Source: the human T2T-CHM13v2.0 reference genome, Homo sapiens. From it: DNA of 64,000 bases. Under the pieces are notes generated by a model, which ran no database searches, was not told where the DNA came from, and saw nothing but the letters and a program-made list of their open reading frames with translations. Shown one piece after another: positions 1-13,580 of this stretch. How positions within the stretch are numbered: the first letter of the stretch is position 1; every line of letters begins with the position of its first letter. The translations under genes were made by a program, and so were the position numbers. Location: assembly GCF_009914755.1 (NCBI RefSeq), contig NC_060938.1; one strand, 5' to 3'.

Positions 1-74
1 GATGTCTATGCCACATAGTATGTAATACTCAATACTTTTCATTGAATGGACAGCATTTGTAATAATGATTGTTT

Positions 75-565
75 TTGTCTGTCCAGTAATACTTCCTCCC
101 TTCTTCTGTTAACAGTACTCATCTTATTTTGGGAAACTAGATTTCAGCCACTCTAACCAATGGAACTCTCACCCCCTAGCCATGGTGATTAGTACAAGAA
201 GTGGGCATGTGACTCAGTAAAGTCAGTCAGAACACTTCTTTGTGTTATATACAAAAGAGTGAGAAGTCCTTTAGTTTCTTTAGGATTGCTGTAGTAGGAT
301 GATATAATCTGGAAACTGAAAAATAACTGAATTACTGATAATATAAGCCAATCACTTCCTCCACAGAAATGGAGGATGCCATCTGAAGTAAGAGATAAAA
401 GATAATGCAGAGAGGAATGAAGATAAGAATGGAGAAAGAATCTTGATGATAGAGATAATAAGTTCCTGAGTCAAGATTTCATATAGTCCAGTGAGCCAAT
501 ATAGTCCCTGCATTTGCGTGACCTAATTTGAGTTGGATTTCTGATACTCACAACTAAAAGTAATG
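75..565 (+). mobile_element. Old ERVL-class solo LTR (LTR16/LTR33-like)
   Basis: Motifs CATGGTGATTAG...GGGCATGTGACTCAG...TCAGA and 3' end GTGAGCCAATA...TTTGAGTTGGATTTCTGATACTCACAAC resemble LTR16/33 consensus; boundaries approximate. Confidence 0.5.
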
Positions 566-849
566 AAGAGGTTAAAGTGTTGTCAGTTGTTTTAAATGCA
601 TATTGTAATGACTTTCTACTATAAGGGTTTAAAATAAAATAATTTTGTGCTTAAAAATAAAGACAATTGTATGAAAAATTTTAGTTATAATTTCTCAGGG
701 AGACTAAAAAATGAAGTATGATTTTGTGTTAACAATATCTTGAATATATGACACAATAGTGAGTCATAATTCACTATGTATTATAGTTATCTAAAATACA
801 AGAGAAAATGTTTTGACTAATTTGGTACTTTTATAAAAATATATTTTAA

Positions 850-1170
850 TCTCTCTGCTTGGAAAGCTCTTCCTACAAATACTCAAGTAGCTCCCTCTCA
901 TAGTTTATTCAAGTCCCTGACCCACATTACAGTGAGGCTCTCCCTGATGATTTTATCTAAAACGTATCCGACTTCTGTTCTACATTACAGTGAGGCTCTC
1001 TCCCTGAGTATTTGATCTCAAAAGCACCTACTTCTCAACATGTTTTTTGCTTCATGGAATTTATAACTACTGGACATTGTACTCTACATGTTGGTTTGTC
1101 ACTGTCTTCCACACTAGAATATAAACTTCATGAGAATAGGGGTTTTGTCTCATTATTGAATGAGTGAGTC
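850..1170 (+). mobile_element. L2 LINE 3' end fragment
   Basis: CTGCTTGGAAAGCTCTTCC...CTGTCTTCCACACTAGAATATAAACTTCATGAGAATAGGG...TGAATGAGTGAGT is typical of the L2 3' terminus. Confidence 0.65.
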
Positions 1171-1234
1171 CTTTTAGGTAGACTATTAGCTATGGAAGTA
1201 GAGTAATTCATTGTGGCAAAAATAAGAGTATCAG

Positions 1235-1776
1235 AGACAGGCTGGCTGACTAGCTTTGATCAAATTTACATTCCTCTCTTGCTGATGACATGTCAAGTCC
1301 ATGTTTTTCAGTCTACCTTGTAGTTGGGCATGACCATATGATGAATTAAGATTTGAAAAGGAATGCTGTACACTGCTCCAGGGCCTGATTCATAAAACCT
1401 ACCATGCATAGGGTTGTAGTCATCTTACTGTGCCTAGGACAGTTACAGGTTATACTTCGTCAAGCCGAATTAGTGGCCCTTTCACTCCCTAAAGTAGCCC
1501 AGTTTAGACAAATTATATAGACAGCATACGTATGCAAGACATGCCAGGCCCTTTCCTCTTTTGCAGCATGTTGCACACAAGCCCTGTGACTCTGGAAGCT
1601 GCACATTACAGATTGTGTAGCCACCAGAAGGAAGGATGCTGATACTTGAATCTCTCTTCAGAGAGAGCTGCTCATCTACCTGCTTTGAACTTTGAGTAAG
1701 AAAAAATTATTTTATCCTTGAGCTATTATATAATTTGGATTTGTTTATTACAGCAATTGGCCTACCCTCACTAATA
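1235..1776 (+). mobile_element. MaLR LTR (MLT1I/J-like), interrupted by MER94
   Basis: GTAGTTGGGCATGACCATATGA, CCAGGGCCTG...CATAAAACC and end GGATTTGTTTATTACAGCA...CCCTCACTAATA match old MLT1 LTRs. Confidence 0.55.
1409..1528 (-). mobile_element. MER94-like hAT (Blackjack) MITE
   Basis: TAGGGT...CCTAGGACAGTT...CCCTTTCACTCCCTAAAG...CCAGTTTAGACAAATTATAT; degenerate 8-bp flanks ACCATGCA/CGTATGCA. Confidence 0.6.
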
Positions 1777-2716
1777 GAGAAATATAAAAGTCAAATTGTT
1801 AGTATGCAAAATATATAAAATTAGGAAAATACATGCTTATTTTTAACTGATAAATATACAATTTGACATGCCAATTGTAAATTGGTTTAAAGAGCTCATT
1901 GAATTAGTATAATATTTCAGCGTTTGATGATTTGTTTTATAACACTAATGTTGTTAGTAAAAATCAACTCAGAGTCATAATAAATTGAGTCTGGACTGTC
2001 TGTTCCCACAGGGATTGTTAATCTGGCTATTCTACTGTGGAATGTTCCATGTGCATGCAGGAAAATCTTATATGACTGCTTGGAATAATTTGATTACTCT
2101 ATATTCACCAACTGGAAAGTCTAGTCATAATATCATTTTTGTCTTCATCTTGTCCCTTGATAACCAATTCATGAAGCCAATTAAGCTGAATCAATTCTTT
2201 CTGGAAGGCAGAAGGCTTGCAAACTGTCTTTGAATACCATCTGCTGCACAAAGAAAGAAAATACAGTATACTAATTAGTGTGTTATGAAATTGCTGAGGG
2301 ACTAAGTGGTGGTGGTTTTGGAGTCAGTGGATTTCTGTGAGACCCCGGATTCTGACAGATGCTAGAGAGTACACAGTACCTAGCTCTAGAAGTGCGGAGA
2401 GAATTTCCTACCTGAAGCTTGACTGGCTCTTCTCTGCCATTATAGTCACCAGACAAGAAAGCAAAAACAGATTTATTTTAGCCAGTTGTATGCATCTTAA
2501 TTTTTAAACTAAATTAACATATGCTTCTTGAAACTATATCCAAAGCATACAGAACTGCATATTAAGGGGTAAAATAAGTCTCTTTTTCCTTTTCCCCTTC
2601 TAAATCTTCATAGGTAGCCGCTACTAAAAATTTTTTGTTTGGGGCTCTTTTTATTTTGGAATATTTTCACAAAGCTCTAATGACCCTTGCTCTTTGTTCC
2701 TCAAAATATTGGTTGG

Positions 2717-3016
<300 letters not shown>

Positions 3017-3738
3017 AAAATATTGGTTGGTTATGGAGAATCAGGTCCTTTTGACAAGTGAGTTTAGCCATGAGGCGATTGCATCTGACAAGCTGGCATT
3101 TTTACTGTGGTAACCTACAGTATCAAAATCTGTAGGATTTTTTACCCTGGAAGTCCCTGAGGCCCCTGCTTAAAGAGCGTAAGACAGCACATCCTTTTTG
3201 GAAGGAAGACAAGGGATGGGGGCTGAGGGTCTCAGTATTCATTATACAGATTTTCCTTTACTACCCACATTTCCAATTTTGGATCTCAACCCTTCTCCTA
3301 ATCCAAATGCTCCTGAGGTCTAAAGTTTAGATCCTCTCAGTCCGATTTACTCTCCCTCCTATCTCTGAGGGAGAGTTGGGTATTGTGTTGTTTGAGGGAA
3401 GGCTTTTTTTCTTCCCCCAAACTGTGACTTTTTTTTCCCTTGTGCCCTATCCTCACCTTTCTATGGCAGCCTCACCTCCTGTGGTAGCTTCATGATCCTT
3501 CAAATGAAGTGGGATAAGGAGATCCGCCCAACATCCCAGTTTTTCTGAATAGTCATGTTTTATAGACTTAAGAACTTGTGAATTGTTTTTCATGATGTAA
3601 CAAATATGAGGAAACACAAAAAAAAGAATTTGCCTCTGTATTCATTGAGTGGGTATTTTAAGGAAATGTTTTCACTTGATGATGAAAGCCAGCATTCAGG
3701 TATCTTGATGTTGTCCATGAAACTCCTTCAGTGGAAAT

Positions 3739-3838
3739 GTTCTTTAATTTGATTTGAAGAAAATATTGTGTAACACATGACTCTTCTACTGGGTATCGTG
3801 TGTTACACAATTATTCCATTCAAATCAAATTAAAGGAC
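3739..3838. repeat. Imperfect inverted repeat (hairpin), ~40-bp arms
   Basis: CTTTAATTTGATTTGAA-GAAAATA-TTGTGTAACACA pairs with TGTGTTACACAA-TTATTCCA-TTCAAATCAAATTAAAG around a 15-21-nt loop. Confidence 0.9.
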
Positions 3839-4546
3839 TGAACTGAATTTGAAATAACTGGCTCAGGTTTTTCTTATGTAACAGTTATTAGAAGGAGGTA
3901 ATTACTTGGAAAAACTTTTATGATATATTTTTGTCATGAAACAAAATATTAGAATATCTTCTGGACCCTTGATATTAGTAGGACAATGAAGCAATCCCTT
4001 TTATAGGCTAATCATAAATTTGACATAATAGTACCGAGCTTTCATAAGAGTAAGGATAAGATTGCACACCACATTGACACTCTCTCAGCACACCCTCAGC
4101 ATTCAGCGGAGGTAAGGAGAAACTGGAGAATTTTAATTTGAAATGTAATAGAAAAGTTGTACTTCTTATGTTTATTAGTAACATATATTATTCATACTAA
4201 ACAGAAATAACATGTTGATAGAAGAAAGATGTATCAATATAATTTGCATTCTATTAAATCTCTGAGCAAGCTTAAATAATTTAATTTTTTTAGGCTTAAT
4301 AAATCTCCCTCCAAAGTAAGTAGAATAAAAAGATATAGGTAAAGATATCTTATTTGTGAGGGGAAATCTTCAGTCAGTATTTGAATTTGTTGCTTAATAT
4401 GCTGAGAAGTTTATCAAAATTAAGAATCAGTACCTATATTGATGTGGTTATTTTGGTTGTTTTATTAAGAAAACATTTGAATTTATTATAAGAAACACCA
4501 GATGCATCTAGGAATGCAGCCTTTGGGAAGGCAGCCTCAGGAATGG

Positions 4547-5161
4547 TGTTAATTTCCTGTTGCTGCCATAACAAATTATCTCACATGTAGTGGCCTAAAA
4601 CAATACAGATTTACTATCTTACATTTAAGGTGTCGGCAGGGCTGTATTCCTTTTCTTGAGATGCTGGGCGAGACTCCTCTTTCCTGTCTTCTAGCTTGCA
4701 GAGCCTATCCAAATTCCTTGCCTTAAGACCCCCTTTTTCCATTTTCAAGCCATTAGTGTAGCATTTTTCTGATCCTCTTTCTGTTGTTGAATTTCTTTGT
4801 GAAAGTATACCTAATGTAGATTATGGGTTGATGGGTACAGCAAACCACCATGGCACGTGTATACCTATGTAACAAACCTGCTTGTTCTGCACATGTACCC
4901 CAGAACTTAAAGTATAATTTTAAAAAAAATAAAAAATAAGCAAAAACAACAACAACAAAAAGAAACTAAAGGTTCTCCTTCCTCTCTTACGGATTTTGCA
5001 TAGATTCCCCCCACTGGATAATCTAGGCTAATTTCTCCATCTCAAGGACCTTAATCTTAATTACATCTAAAAAGTCCCCTTCGCTATGCAAAGTAATATA
5101 TTGTAAAGTCTGGGTAATAGAGTGTGAATATCTTTAGGGGGCCATTATTCTCCCTATCACA
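4547..5161 (-). mobile_element. MaLR LTR (MLT1C/D-like), interrupted by an L1 3' end
   Basis: TTTCCTGTTGCTGCCATAACAAATTA...AAGGTGTCGGCAGGGCTG...GGGGGCCATTATTCTCCCTATCACA. Confidence 0.8.
4805..4965 (+). mobile_element. L1PA (mid-age) extreme 3' end with A-rich tail
   Basis: ATACCTAATGTAGAT...GCAAACCACCATGGCACGTGTATACCTATGTAACAAACCTGC...AACTTAAAGTATAAT followed by poly(A). Confidence 0.9.
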
Positions 5162-6118
5162 GGTTCTAACTTTGGGTTCTTCGGCAAAGTAGGGATGCAG
5201 ACCCAGTTCTAGATATAATCTCATTTCCACCGCATAGTTCTTGTACTGTTTTGCTGGAGGCATTGTCACCATACAATAGGAGCTACTGTATTTTTTTTCA
5301 TGCATTTGACAAATATATATTGAACTTTCAGGCGAGATGTCCCAGAGAGAATGCTATCTAAGCTTCTGTAAGTGCTTTGCAAAACTGGACCCTCTATGTT
5401 TATATGTAGAAGCTAAGTTATAGTTGAGATTGTAGGACCATTACATTTTTATTTATATTACTGCTACATTCTGGAAATGATGTTGGTACAAGCAACAGAT
5501 AAGACCTCTGCCTTCATGAAGCTCAAAAGAATTGGATAGTTCAAGACCCAAAGAGTTTAGTGTCCTAATTTAATAGATTTAGCAGGAACAAGAAACTTTA
5601 TACATCAAATGTACAAGAAGGACAGAGAAAGAGTGGGAAAGAACTGAGACAGTAAGAGGGTTGACAGTCAAGAGTGTAAGAAGATAGGAGGAAGTGCCTA
5701 CCCAAAAGTCTCATTTTAGATTACAAGAACATTGAAGAAAGCAAAAGTGTTCTAAACTTGAGGAAGTTTACCTTTCAGGGGTTGTTTTTTAAAAATCTCA
5801 GAAATATTGAGTTGTTGACTATTTTGAGTATTTTTACTCTTTAGTTTACCTTTGGACTTAGGTTTGGGTAAAGAAGTTAATCTGTGCAAACAGAGCAGAA
5901 CAGGCTCTAAACAGGAGAAAATAATTTTTAGCAAACCTAGTTATCACTTACTTGGCAGAAAGTACAACTTTACAAATCCAATTTATTTTCCTGGTCTTAT
6001 TTTTTGGATTATGGTCCTAAGCAGTTTATGTGTGACCTGACTACACAAAGATTACTTTTCACTGCAAATTCCAGCAAACTTTGGCAGAATGCTTTTAGTT
6101 AGTTGTCCTCTATAACCT

Positions 6119-6296
6119 CTGATACCCCTCCCTCACCACCACCACCATATCCCACCCTCACCAACCCTCCCTCACCACCACCTCCCTCCCTCACCACCTC
6201 CCTCACCATCTGATACCCCTTGCTCACCATCACCACCATCTCCCAACCCCCTGCCATGCTGATACAAAACAAAACAAAATAAAACAAAACAAAAAC
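6119..6296. repeat. C-rich (CCA/CCT) low-complexity tract followed by (AAAAC)n
   Basis: Direct reading of the sequence. Confidence 0.85.
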
Positions 6297-8114
6297 CTGT
6301 CAAATTTGTATGGTACTGCTATCCTGAGAGCTCCCAAAGGGACTGTGTGTCTGGACAAATTAGGAGAATGTTATCAAAATTTGTGAGGGACAAAGGAGAG
6401 GATAATAGCAATTGTGAAGTATTTATTACCTGAGAAAAGGACTTAACTGTCCAACTATTCATTCCTGCACTGAATTTTGCACTTTGAATTTCTCAAGTCT
6501 AAACTTGTGTCTTGACTTATTTGTATTAAAACATCTTCTGGAAAGTTGGACTGGGTCAAAGAACCTAACTTAACAGCAGATTGTTATTGCTTTATCTATC
6601 ACAAAATGTTCATCACTTTTGGAGAAAAAAAATTGGAGTCCTTCCGTATATTGTGTTAATTATTTAAATTAGTCTAAATATCACATTGACAAAAATAAAT
6701 AGAGTAACAGAACTAGCAGGAGGTGAAAAAATGGACAAATGTGCTTATTATTAGTTTTGCATGAGATTCTTAAATCCTATTCTCATATTACAGTTTAAGA
6801 AGATAGGAACGCCAGAATTTTCAAGTAGAATAGGGGGCTCTTGTAATAAAATGTGAACATACATGTTATTATCTTATAAAGATTTGCGATTATGCCTTGA
6901 TCGCAGCTAAGGGATTACATGTTTTTAATGAAGTGCACATTGTCAGTGTGCAAAGCAATAAAATGAAAAAAATACAGAACTGAAAATTTAATATATATGA
7001 TAATACACATAAATCTATTAGAGAAAGAGAAGTGGAATTAATTATAATTCAGTACCCTGAGGATGAATAAAAATGGTAAATAATTATGAAATAAATTCAT
7101 ATTGTAATTAGTTTAGCATAGTAATATTAGAACAGAAGTCTGTTTTTAAAAAATGTCCTGCTAACTTATAAAATATTTCATGAAAGGGAAGCAGAAAAAG
7201 TTAATTATAAGCATTACCTAAAAGGTAAAAAAATAATAACTAAGCTATCTTGAAATAATGATTAAATTTCTAATTAATTCCTGGTCTCATTTTAAAAACT
7301 AATTATAACAATGTTTGGAATATTCTAAATGTTCAAGTGAAATGAAAAGACATGCTTAAAGCACCAGTGATGCTCAAGTGGTTTGGAGTATCAATTTTGG
7401 AAAAGCAACATGAACTAAAACTTTTTTTCTCTTTGGGATTGTTTTCCACAGTTACTCACATTAGTGAGAGTTGTGATGGGTTATTTGGCTGTCCATGGAT
7501 TTGTTCTTAATGCTTCAGGAAACACATTTTTTATTATACAAATGTTATTGTTTTCATGGTAGGGCTTTTATTATGATAAAGAAAATATTCTAAAGAAGCA
7601 AAATAAAGACACAACAGTCAGATATTATCTTTTCAGGCTTTACATGGAGTCAGTGCCTACAACAGTCTTAAAGTCACCTCACTGAGAACTCAGGCTTGTT
7701 ATATGTACATGGTTTCTGATCCATAGCAGAATGGTGGTGCACACAATTTTGGGTGAGCTACAACTTTAACCAGTGCAGGGGTCAGAGAGATCAAAAGTTG
7801 CTTTCTGTGAATAATCATGGTTGATAAGTTGACCAGAAGTAATTATTGAACTTTTCATTAAATGTTCTGTCCCTGAGGGTGTAGGTGTACCTCAAAAGTA
7901 CTCTTAGGAACAATTATTTTAGTATATTATACTATATGTCAAGGCAATTAATACTGACATTTACCTGACTAGTTCAATGCACTGTGCTTAGTATTTTTAG
8001 ACTCCCCCAAAACCTCTTTGGCTCCTTGCTGTATTTTGACTAAATAATCTGGCGAGTATTATTTTATATAACTGAAATTTCTTGTTCACATGGAATTGGA
8101 TGCCCGTCAAGGAC

Positions 8115-8457
8115 AGAACTGTGTCTTCAAAATTCATAGGTTGAAGCCCTAACCTAAAATGTGACTGTAGTTGGAGATAGGGTTTTTAAGGAAAAAATTC
8201 ACGTTGAATAAGCTTATATGGGTGGAGTCCTCATCCAACAGGACTGATGTACTTATAAAAAGAAGAAGGGATATCAGAGGGCTCCCTCCCTGACATGGTG
8301 GCTGTCTACAAACCAGGAAGAGAAGCCACACCAGAAACCACTTCTGAGGGTCCCTTGATCTTGGACTTCTAACCTCCAGAACTATGAGAAAAATTTCTGT
8401 TGTTTAAACCACCCAGTCTGTGCTATTATGTTATGGCAGGCCATGCAGACTAATACA
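8115..8457 (+). mobile_element. MaLR LTR (MLT1A-like)
   Basis: AAAATTCATAGGTTGAAGCCCTAACC...CTTGATCTTGGACTTCTAACCTCCAGAACTATGAGA...GCAGACTAATACA. Confidence 0.85.
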
Positions 8458-9344
8458 GTACCCACACTGAGTGCATTGAAGGAATTAAACTAAATATTTT
8501 GTGATCATATATTTTGATATCCTTGTGTTGAAAGCCTGGAGATTAGATTGTAAAAGGATTGAAGATCCAGGTCATGTTCTTTGTATGTGGTTTTAAAGTT
8601 TACCTTATTCTGGGTACGATGTCAATACTCAGGAAAAATAATGCGATGATTAACTAAGCAGCCTCTCTGTGTTTTTTTTTTTTCACTTTGGTTTTATGTA
8701 AGTTATTATGTTCTTAATGTATATTGATTTATAAATTTTATGATTATTTCAGTGGAATGTTTACCATTTTATTCACATTCTCCTAAGCTAGTGTTTCCAG
8801 TAGTTTCAGATCAGTTGACATGACATTTATCTCAATACAGGCCTGCCTCTTGGTTCAGATTTCTGTGTCTTTTTTGTCTCTGAAAAGGGTTCACAATGAG
8901 TAAAGATGTGTTAATGTGTATGATTCTACAGGGAGGGTAGGGGAAGGATACTAACTCCCCTATATTACATCTATTTACTTGACCGTTTATTTTTGTTTTA
9001 AGGGAAAGTAAACTTCATAAATTCTATTTTCCAGAATTGTTTAGGTTGATAACTAAACAATTGGTAGTACTCATGTCTTCATAAATTAAAAACACTACTC
9101 TCTTTTTCCTTTCATCATTTCATTGAAATGTGTGTTTTTTATTTTTCCCACATAAGTTAACTGAGATGGAATAGTTTCTTATTTGAGTGGCATGCTCTCA
9201 AAAAGAAAAAAAATGTTTTGGGTACACATACAATTCCAAAAAATACTACTATTATATAACTTTGCAAAAAATTAAAACACTTATTTTTTATATTGCAGTT
9301 TTGAAAACAAATACTATTTCACAGCATTAAACCTTTTATTTGTA

Positions 9345-9560
9345 GCATTGTGATGCTATGGAAAAAAACACAGAAACACAGACAGACTGGGGCTTGAATC
9401 TTGGCTCTTACATTTGTCCTTATTAAAGTTATTTTACTTTTTGACTCTTATTCATTATCTGTAAAATGTTAATAAGAATTCAATTCTTAATGGGATCATT
9501 GTAAAAGTAAGTAAAAAAAATTATGTGTTACACTTAACATAGTGACAAGCACATAGGCAA
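9345..9560 (+). mobile_element. MIR SINE
   Basis: GACTGGGGCTTGAATCTTGGCTCT...ATCTGTAAAATG...CACTTAACATAGTG...CACATAG. Confidence 0.7.
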
Positions 9561-10179
9561 TGAAAGTCATTTTTCTGAAGAATGAACTTTTCAAGAGCTC
9601 CTGTTACTTCATTATACTCACTACCAAAAGAGAGAGCTGGGCCTGAGGTTAGCATAGATTGTTTTCAGAGTAGCCTGTGTCTCAAGCCGGTGCTGAGATT
9701 ACTATACAGGCATGGAACTAATCTGCCAATTTCAGCCTTACATTTTACTTGCATTTCAGGGTCTGTGGAAGGATGAACTGAGGTAATGCATATCTGCAGA
9801 GCACTTTTTATAGCCTCTGCGTTGCAGTATGTGGCCACTGCATGCTGAAAGATAGCCAGTGACATCAGGATCATTAATCATGCTTCAGGGATCAGAACCA
9901 CTCACTTCCTATTCTGGTGCCTCGGTAGTGGCTCTGGACAATGACACGATGATTTGGAAATTCACTGTCTCTCTAATTCTAGGGTTTTGTTTGTAGAAAA
10001 TTCTACATTGAATCAAGCTATAATAATAGTGAGGTACAGAGTAAAGCCTCCTTTGTATATTCTCTCTCAGTATTCAATCTAGTTGTTCACATGTTATAAA
10101 GGGTGACAAATTATTTGAAGAGAGATGAACTGAAAATGAAGGTGTCTTACATGGATGTCATCATCTATTTTTAGCACAC

Positions 10180-10363
10180 TGATATGGTTTGGCTCTGTGT
10201 TCCCACCCAAATTTCATCTGGAATTGTAATCTCCATGTGTTGGGGGAGGGATCTGGTGGGAGGTGACTGGATCATGGGGACAATTTCCCCTATGCTGTTC
10301 TCATGATAGTAAGTGAGTTCTCATGAGATCTGATGGTTTAAAAGCGGCAGTTTGCCCCATGCT
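10180..10363 (+). mobile_element. MSTA/THE1-type MaLR LTR, 5' half only
   Basis: TGATATGGTTTGGCTCTGTGTTCCCACCCAAATTTCATC...GTGAGTTCTCATGAGATCTGATGGTTTAAAAG. Confidence 0.9.
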
Positions 10364-13300
10364 GTTTCCAATACACACAGTGTTTGCAACTAGGAAAATA
10401 TTTCAATAATATATGAAAGGTTCAAGATATCCTGTGCTTGATAGTAATTGATAAACTATGTGATAACACAAAAATAAGAAGTACATATTTCAAGTTGTGA
10501 CAACAATTAGAAATATGTCTTCTACATAGCATTATAAATAAAAATAAATCACCTTGCCAAGTTTCATGACCCCATGACTTATTTGTAATACATACTTGAA
10601 CATGCACATGTCTGATGTATTCCTAGATGTCTGTACATGTATTATAAAGGGCAATGTTTTCCTTGAACAACTGCTGTTTTTAGTGAGATTGTTAGTAGAT
10701 ATTAGTAAATTACACTTGTAGAAAGAACTCTATAGTCAGGAATGTCACATGTGACTGATGAATGTAATAAAAGTAACAGAATTATTATAATGATCACATT
10801 TGGTACTAGAAAGAACAGAAAATTTTGTATAGATACAAAATACATAGTCATTGAATGAATAGTTTCTTGGTGGATCAAAGCTTATATATCTTATGGATAA
10901 TTCCTTAGGTGTGACATGCATCTATTTCATAAGTTGTATAACTTAGTTATATTGTTTTGCATTAATTAGCCTAAGATGTGACATAGATAATAGAAAGGAA
11001 ATTAAGAAACAAAATTTCCTTTTTTTAATCCAGAAACAATCAGGAACTGTTAAATGGACTAGACTTCTCTTTGATGCCACATAACCAAGCTCTACAGTTC
11101 TCTTATTTGACATATTTTAATCCAGGCTTTTTAATCCACTTATCCTCAGTAACAGCCCTCTTCCTTAGACAGTATCTCCAGTCTTTTCTTGCTTTACCTA
11201 TCCCTACCTTGGACATCTTGATTTTCAGGCCTGTGAACTTAGCCCTGTGTGAAAAGGGTAAAAGGGTCTGAGAACTCCTTAGCATATATTTTTATTACAC
11301 TTGCATCAATTTATTGTATTACTCTTTGGTTTGGCAATACTCTTGGAATTCATTGAGTAACTCAATGGATATTTGCTGAATTAATTAATGGACAGTGGTT
11401 ACCTAGGTGAAGAAAGAGAGTCAGGGAAAGGACAAAGGTGTTTCTGTGGCTGAAAAGCAGGAAAAATAACATAGAACAAACCATAACAGCATATTTTTCT
11501 GGTGTTCTGAATGAGAATTGGCTGTGGAACAGAGCGGAAGGGATACTACATGGGAAGAACCGAGCCTGGGGATCAGGCCTGGATCACTAAGAGCTGATCA
11601 AGATATTTCATCTGTTGTTCTTTCATTTTCATTTCAGAGTGGGAAGTTTGTACTAGGTTGCCTCTAAAGGGCTCTTCCTCATCTGAGCTTTTATAATTCT
11701 CCAGATGATTGAATTGATGTTGTTCCTATCCAATTATTGATGACACTATTTTGGTTAAGTTCCTAATACCTTGGGGAAAATGTGTAAAATTCCATGTGTC
11801 ATGTCATAAATTGAAGAGATATTTAGTCAATTTGATATTAACCTTTAGGGAGCAGTATAATTTCATATAACAGATATTTTTAATTTATCCTGATATAAAA
11901 TGTCCAAAGAAACTATCCCAAACTAGGTAGAACAAGTAAGTCACTTTACCAGAATCATAAATTCAAAATCAATAAGTGATTAACAGTGTTTACTTTTAAA
12001 AGCTATTAGAAGTAGTTGATATTAGAGAGCTAGAAACAAGTATTATAGGATATTTATTTGTATTCAAACTTTTATTAGGAAATTGCTCTAATATTGGTCT
12101 TTGTGTTTTAGTATATTTCTAGAGAAGTGAGAGAATCAAGAGGAAATATAGTAATGGACATTTTGACAATGAATTATAAGAGAGTCAATATACTGAGGGT
12201 TTAAAAAATTAAGATGAAGATTCATAACTGTTTTCAAGCTATTGAAAGGGAATTGTGAAAAAGATTGTGTCCAATTATCATCTATCTCCACTGGGATTGA
12301 AAGACAAGTAGTGGGCTTAATATGAAGCAAGAGAAGAATTCATTTAGAAAGGGAGATTTTTATTTTTGCCCAAATTATGATTAAACATTGTAACAGCTGA
12401 CTGAGAACTGTTAGGAGCCCTTTGTTTAAAAAAAGTGAAACAGATGAATTTCAGTCTTTGTTCATCTAAGTATGTATTTTCACTTTATGATTATTTGATG
12501 ATCCTATAAGGACTAACATTTCTCCAGAGTTAAAACCATTAATGGGAGATATATTTGTTGGAAGATTCTCTATTCCCAAAACATTATTTTTCTTTTTTCC
12601 TTCAAGATAAAACCCAGCACATATTGTCTGCTTTGATATCTAAACAACTTTACAAGCATTCATGCTTTGAAACAGTATGAGAGGCCAAGCAAAGGACATT
12701 TAATGTTTTTTACTTTCCTCTTCCTCTCTGGTCACAGGATAAATGTAAAACTGGTTTGAGTAGCTGCTGTAAAGTCGTGTGGGTAGCTGAATTTCCTGTC
12801 AGCACACTTTACAGCCTGCAGATGCCTCTGAGGAGAGACAGGCTTGACTTGTACCACTTTTCAGGTTTGTTTCTTAAACTCGCTTCTGTGAGCTTTTCCA
12901 GTGACTCCAGGGAGATGAAGCACCTCCCTACTGCTATATATTAGAGCAAAATTTAGCAGACACTTAAAAGCATTTCACAGTCTCAGAAGAGAAACAAAAT
13001 AAATTCAAATATTTGGATTTTTGCCAAGGCCTTCAGAGTAAACTCAAAAAGTCTTTCCTTTCCCAGTGGGCACATTCTGAAATTTCTCTTTAGGTTATGC
13101 ATATTGAATAGAGAGAACCATGGCTCACATCTTTCTAAGTTGAGACAGGAAATTACTGCCCCCTTAGGGTGCTTCCCTGGCATTAACACAGCCCAAGGTT
13201 GGAACTGGTTAATAGTTGCATGGTGTGTGTGTGTGTGCATGCACACACGCATATGTGCTCTATCCTTGTAGTAGTCAGAGAGCAGATAGTAACTAAGAAA

Positions 13301-13404
13301 GAAAGGCAAGAAGATAATAATGAAATATTTGGGAATTAAATGAAAGTCATGGAAAATCTTGGAACCATCATGATTATGAAAGAAAATTCTTGAGATAATT
13401 CTAT

Positions 13405-13580
13405 GTCTGCAGTTTGCTTTCCACCTTACAAGTCCCTGGGCAAGTTACTTAATCTCTCCAGTCTCCATTACTTCTATAAACAAGGAATAATAAAAACAAC
13501 TATCTCACAGAATTGTTATGAGAATTAAATCAGACGATGAATGAAGAATGACAATTACATAATAAGCATTCAATATGTTA
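13405..13580 (+). mobile_element. MIR SINE
   Basis: MIR core GGGCAAGTTACTTAATCTCTC...TCTCACAGAATTGTTATGAGAATTAAAT. Confidence 0.75.

Noticed and set aside
1985-2460. 82-aa ORF and minus-strand splice-like signals
   Set aside because: No recognisable protein, and the signals on the two strands conflict; not supportable without transcript data.
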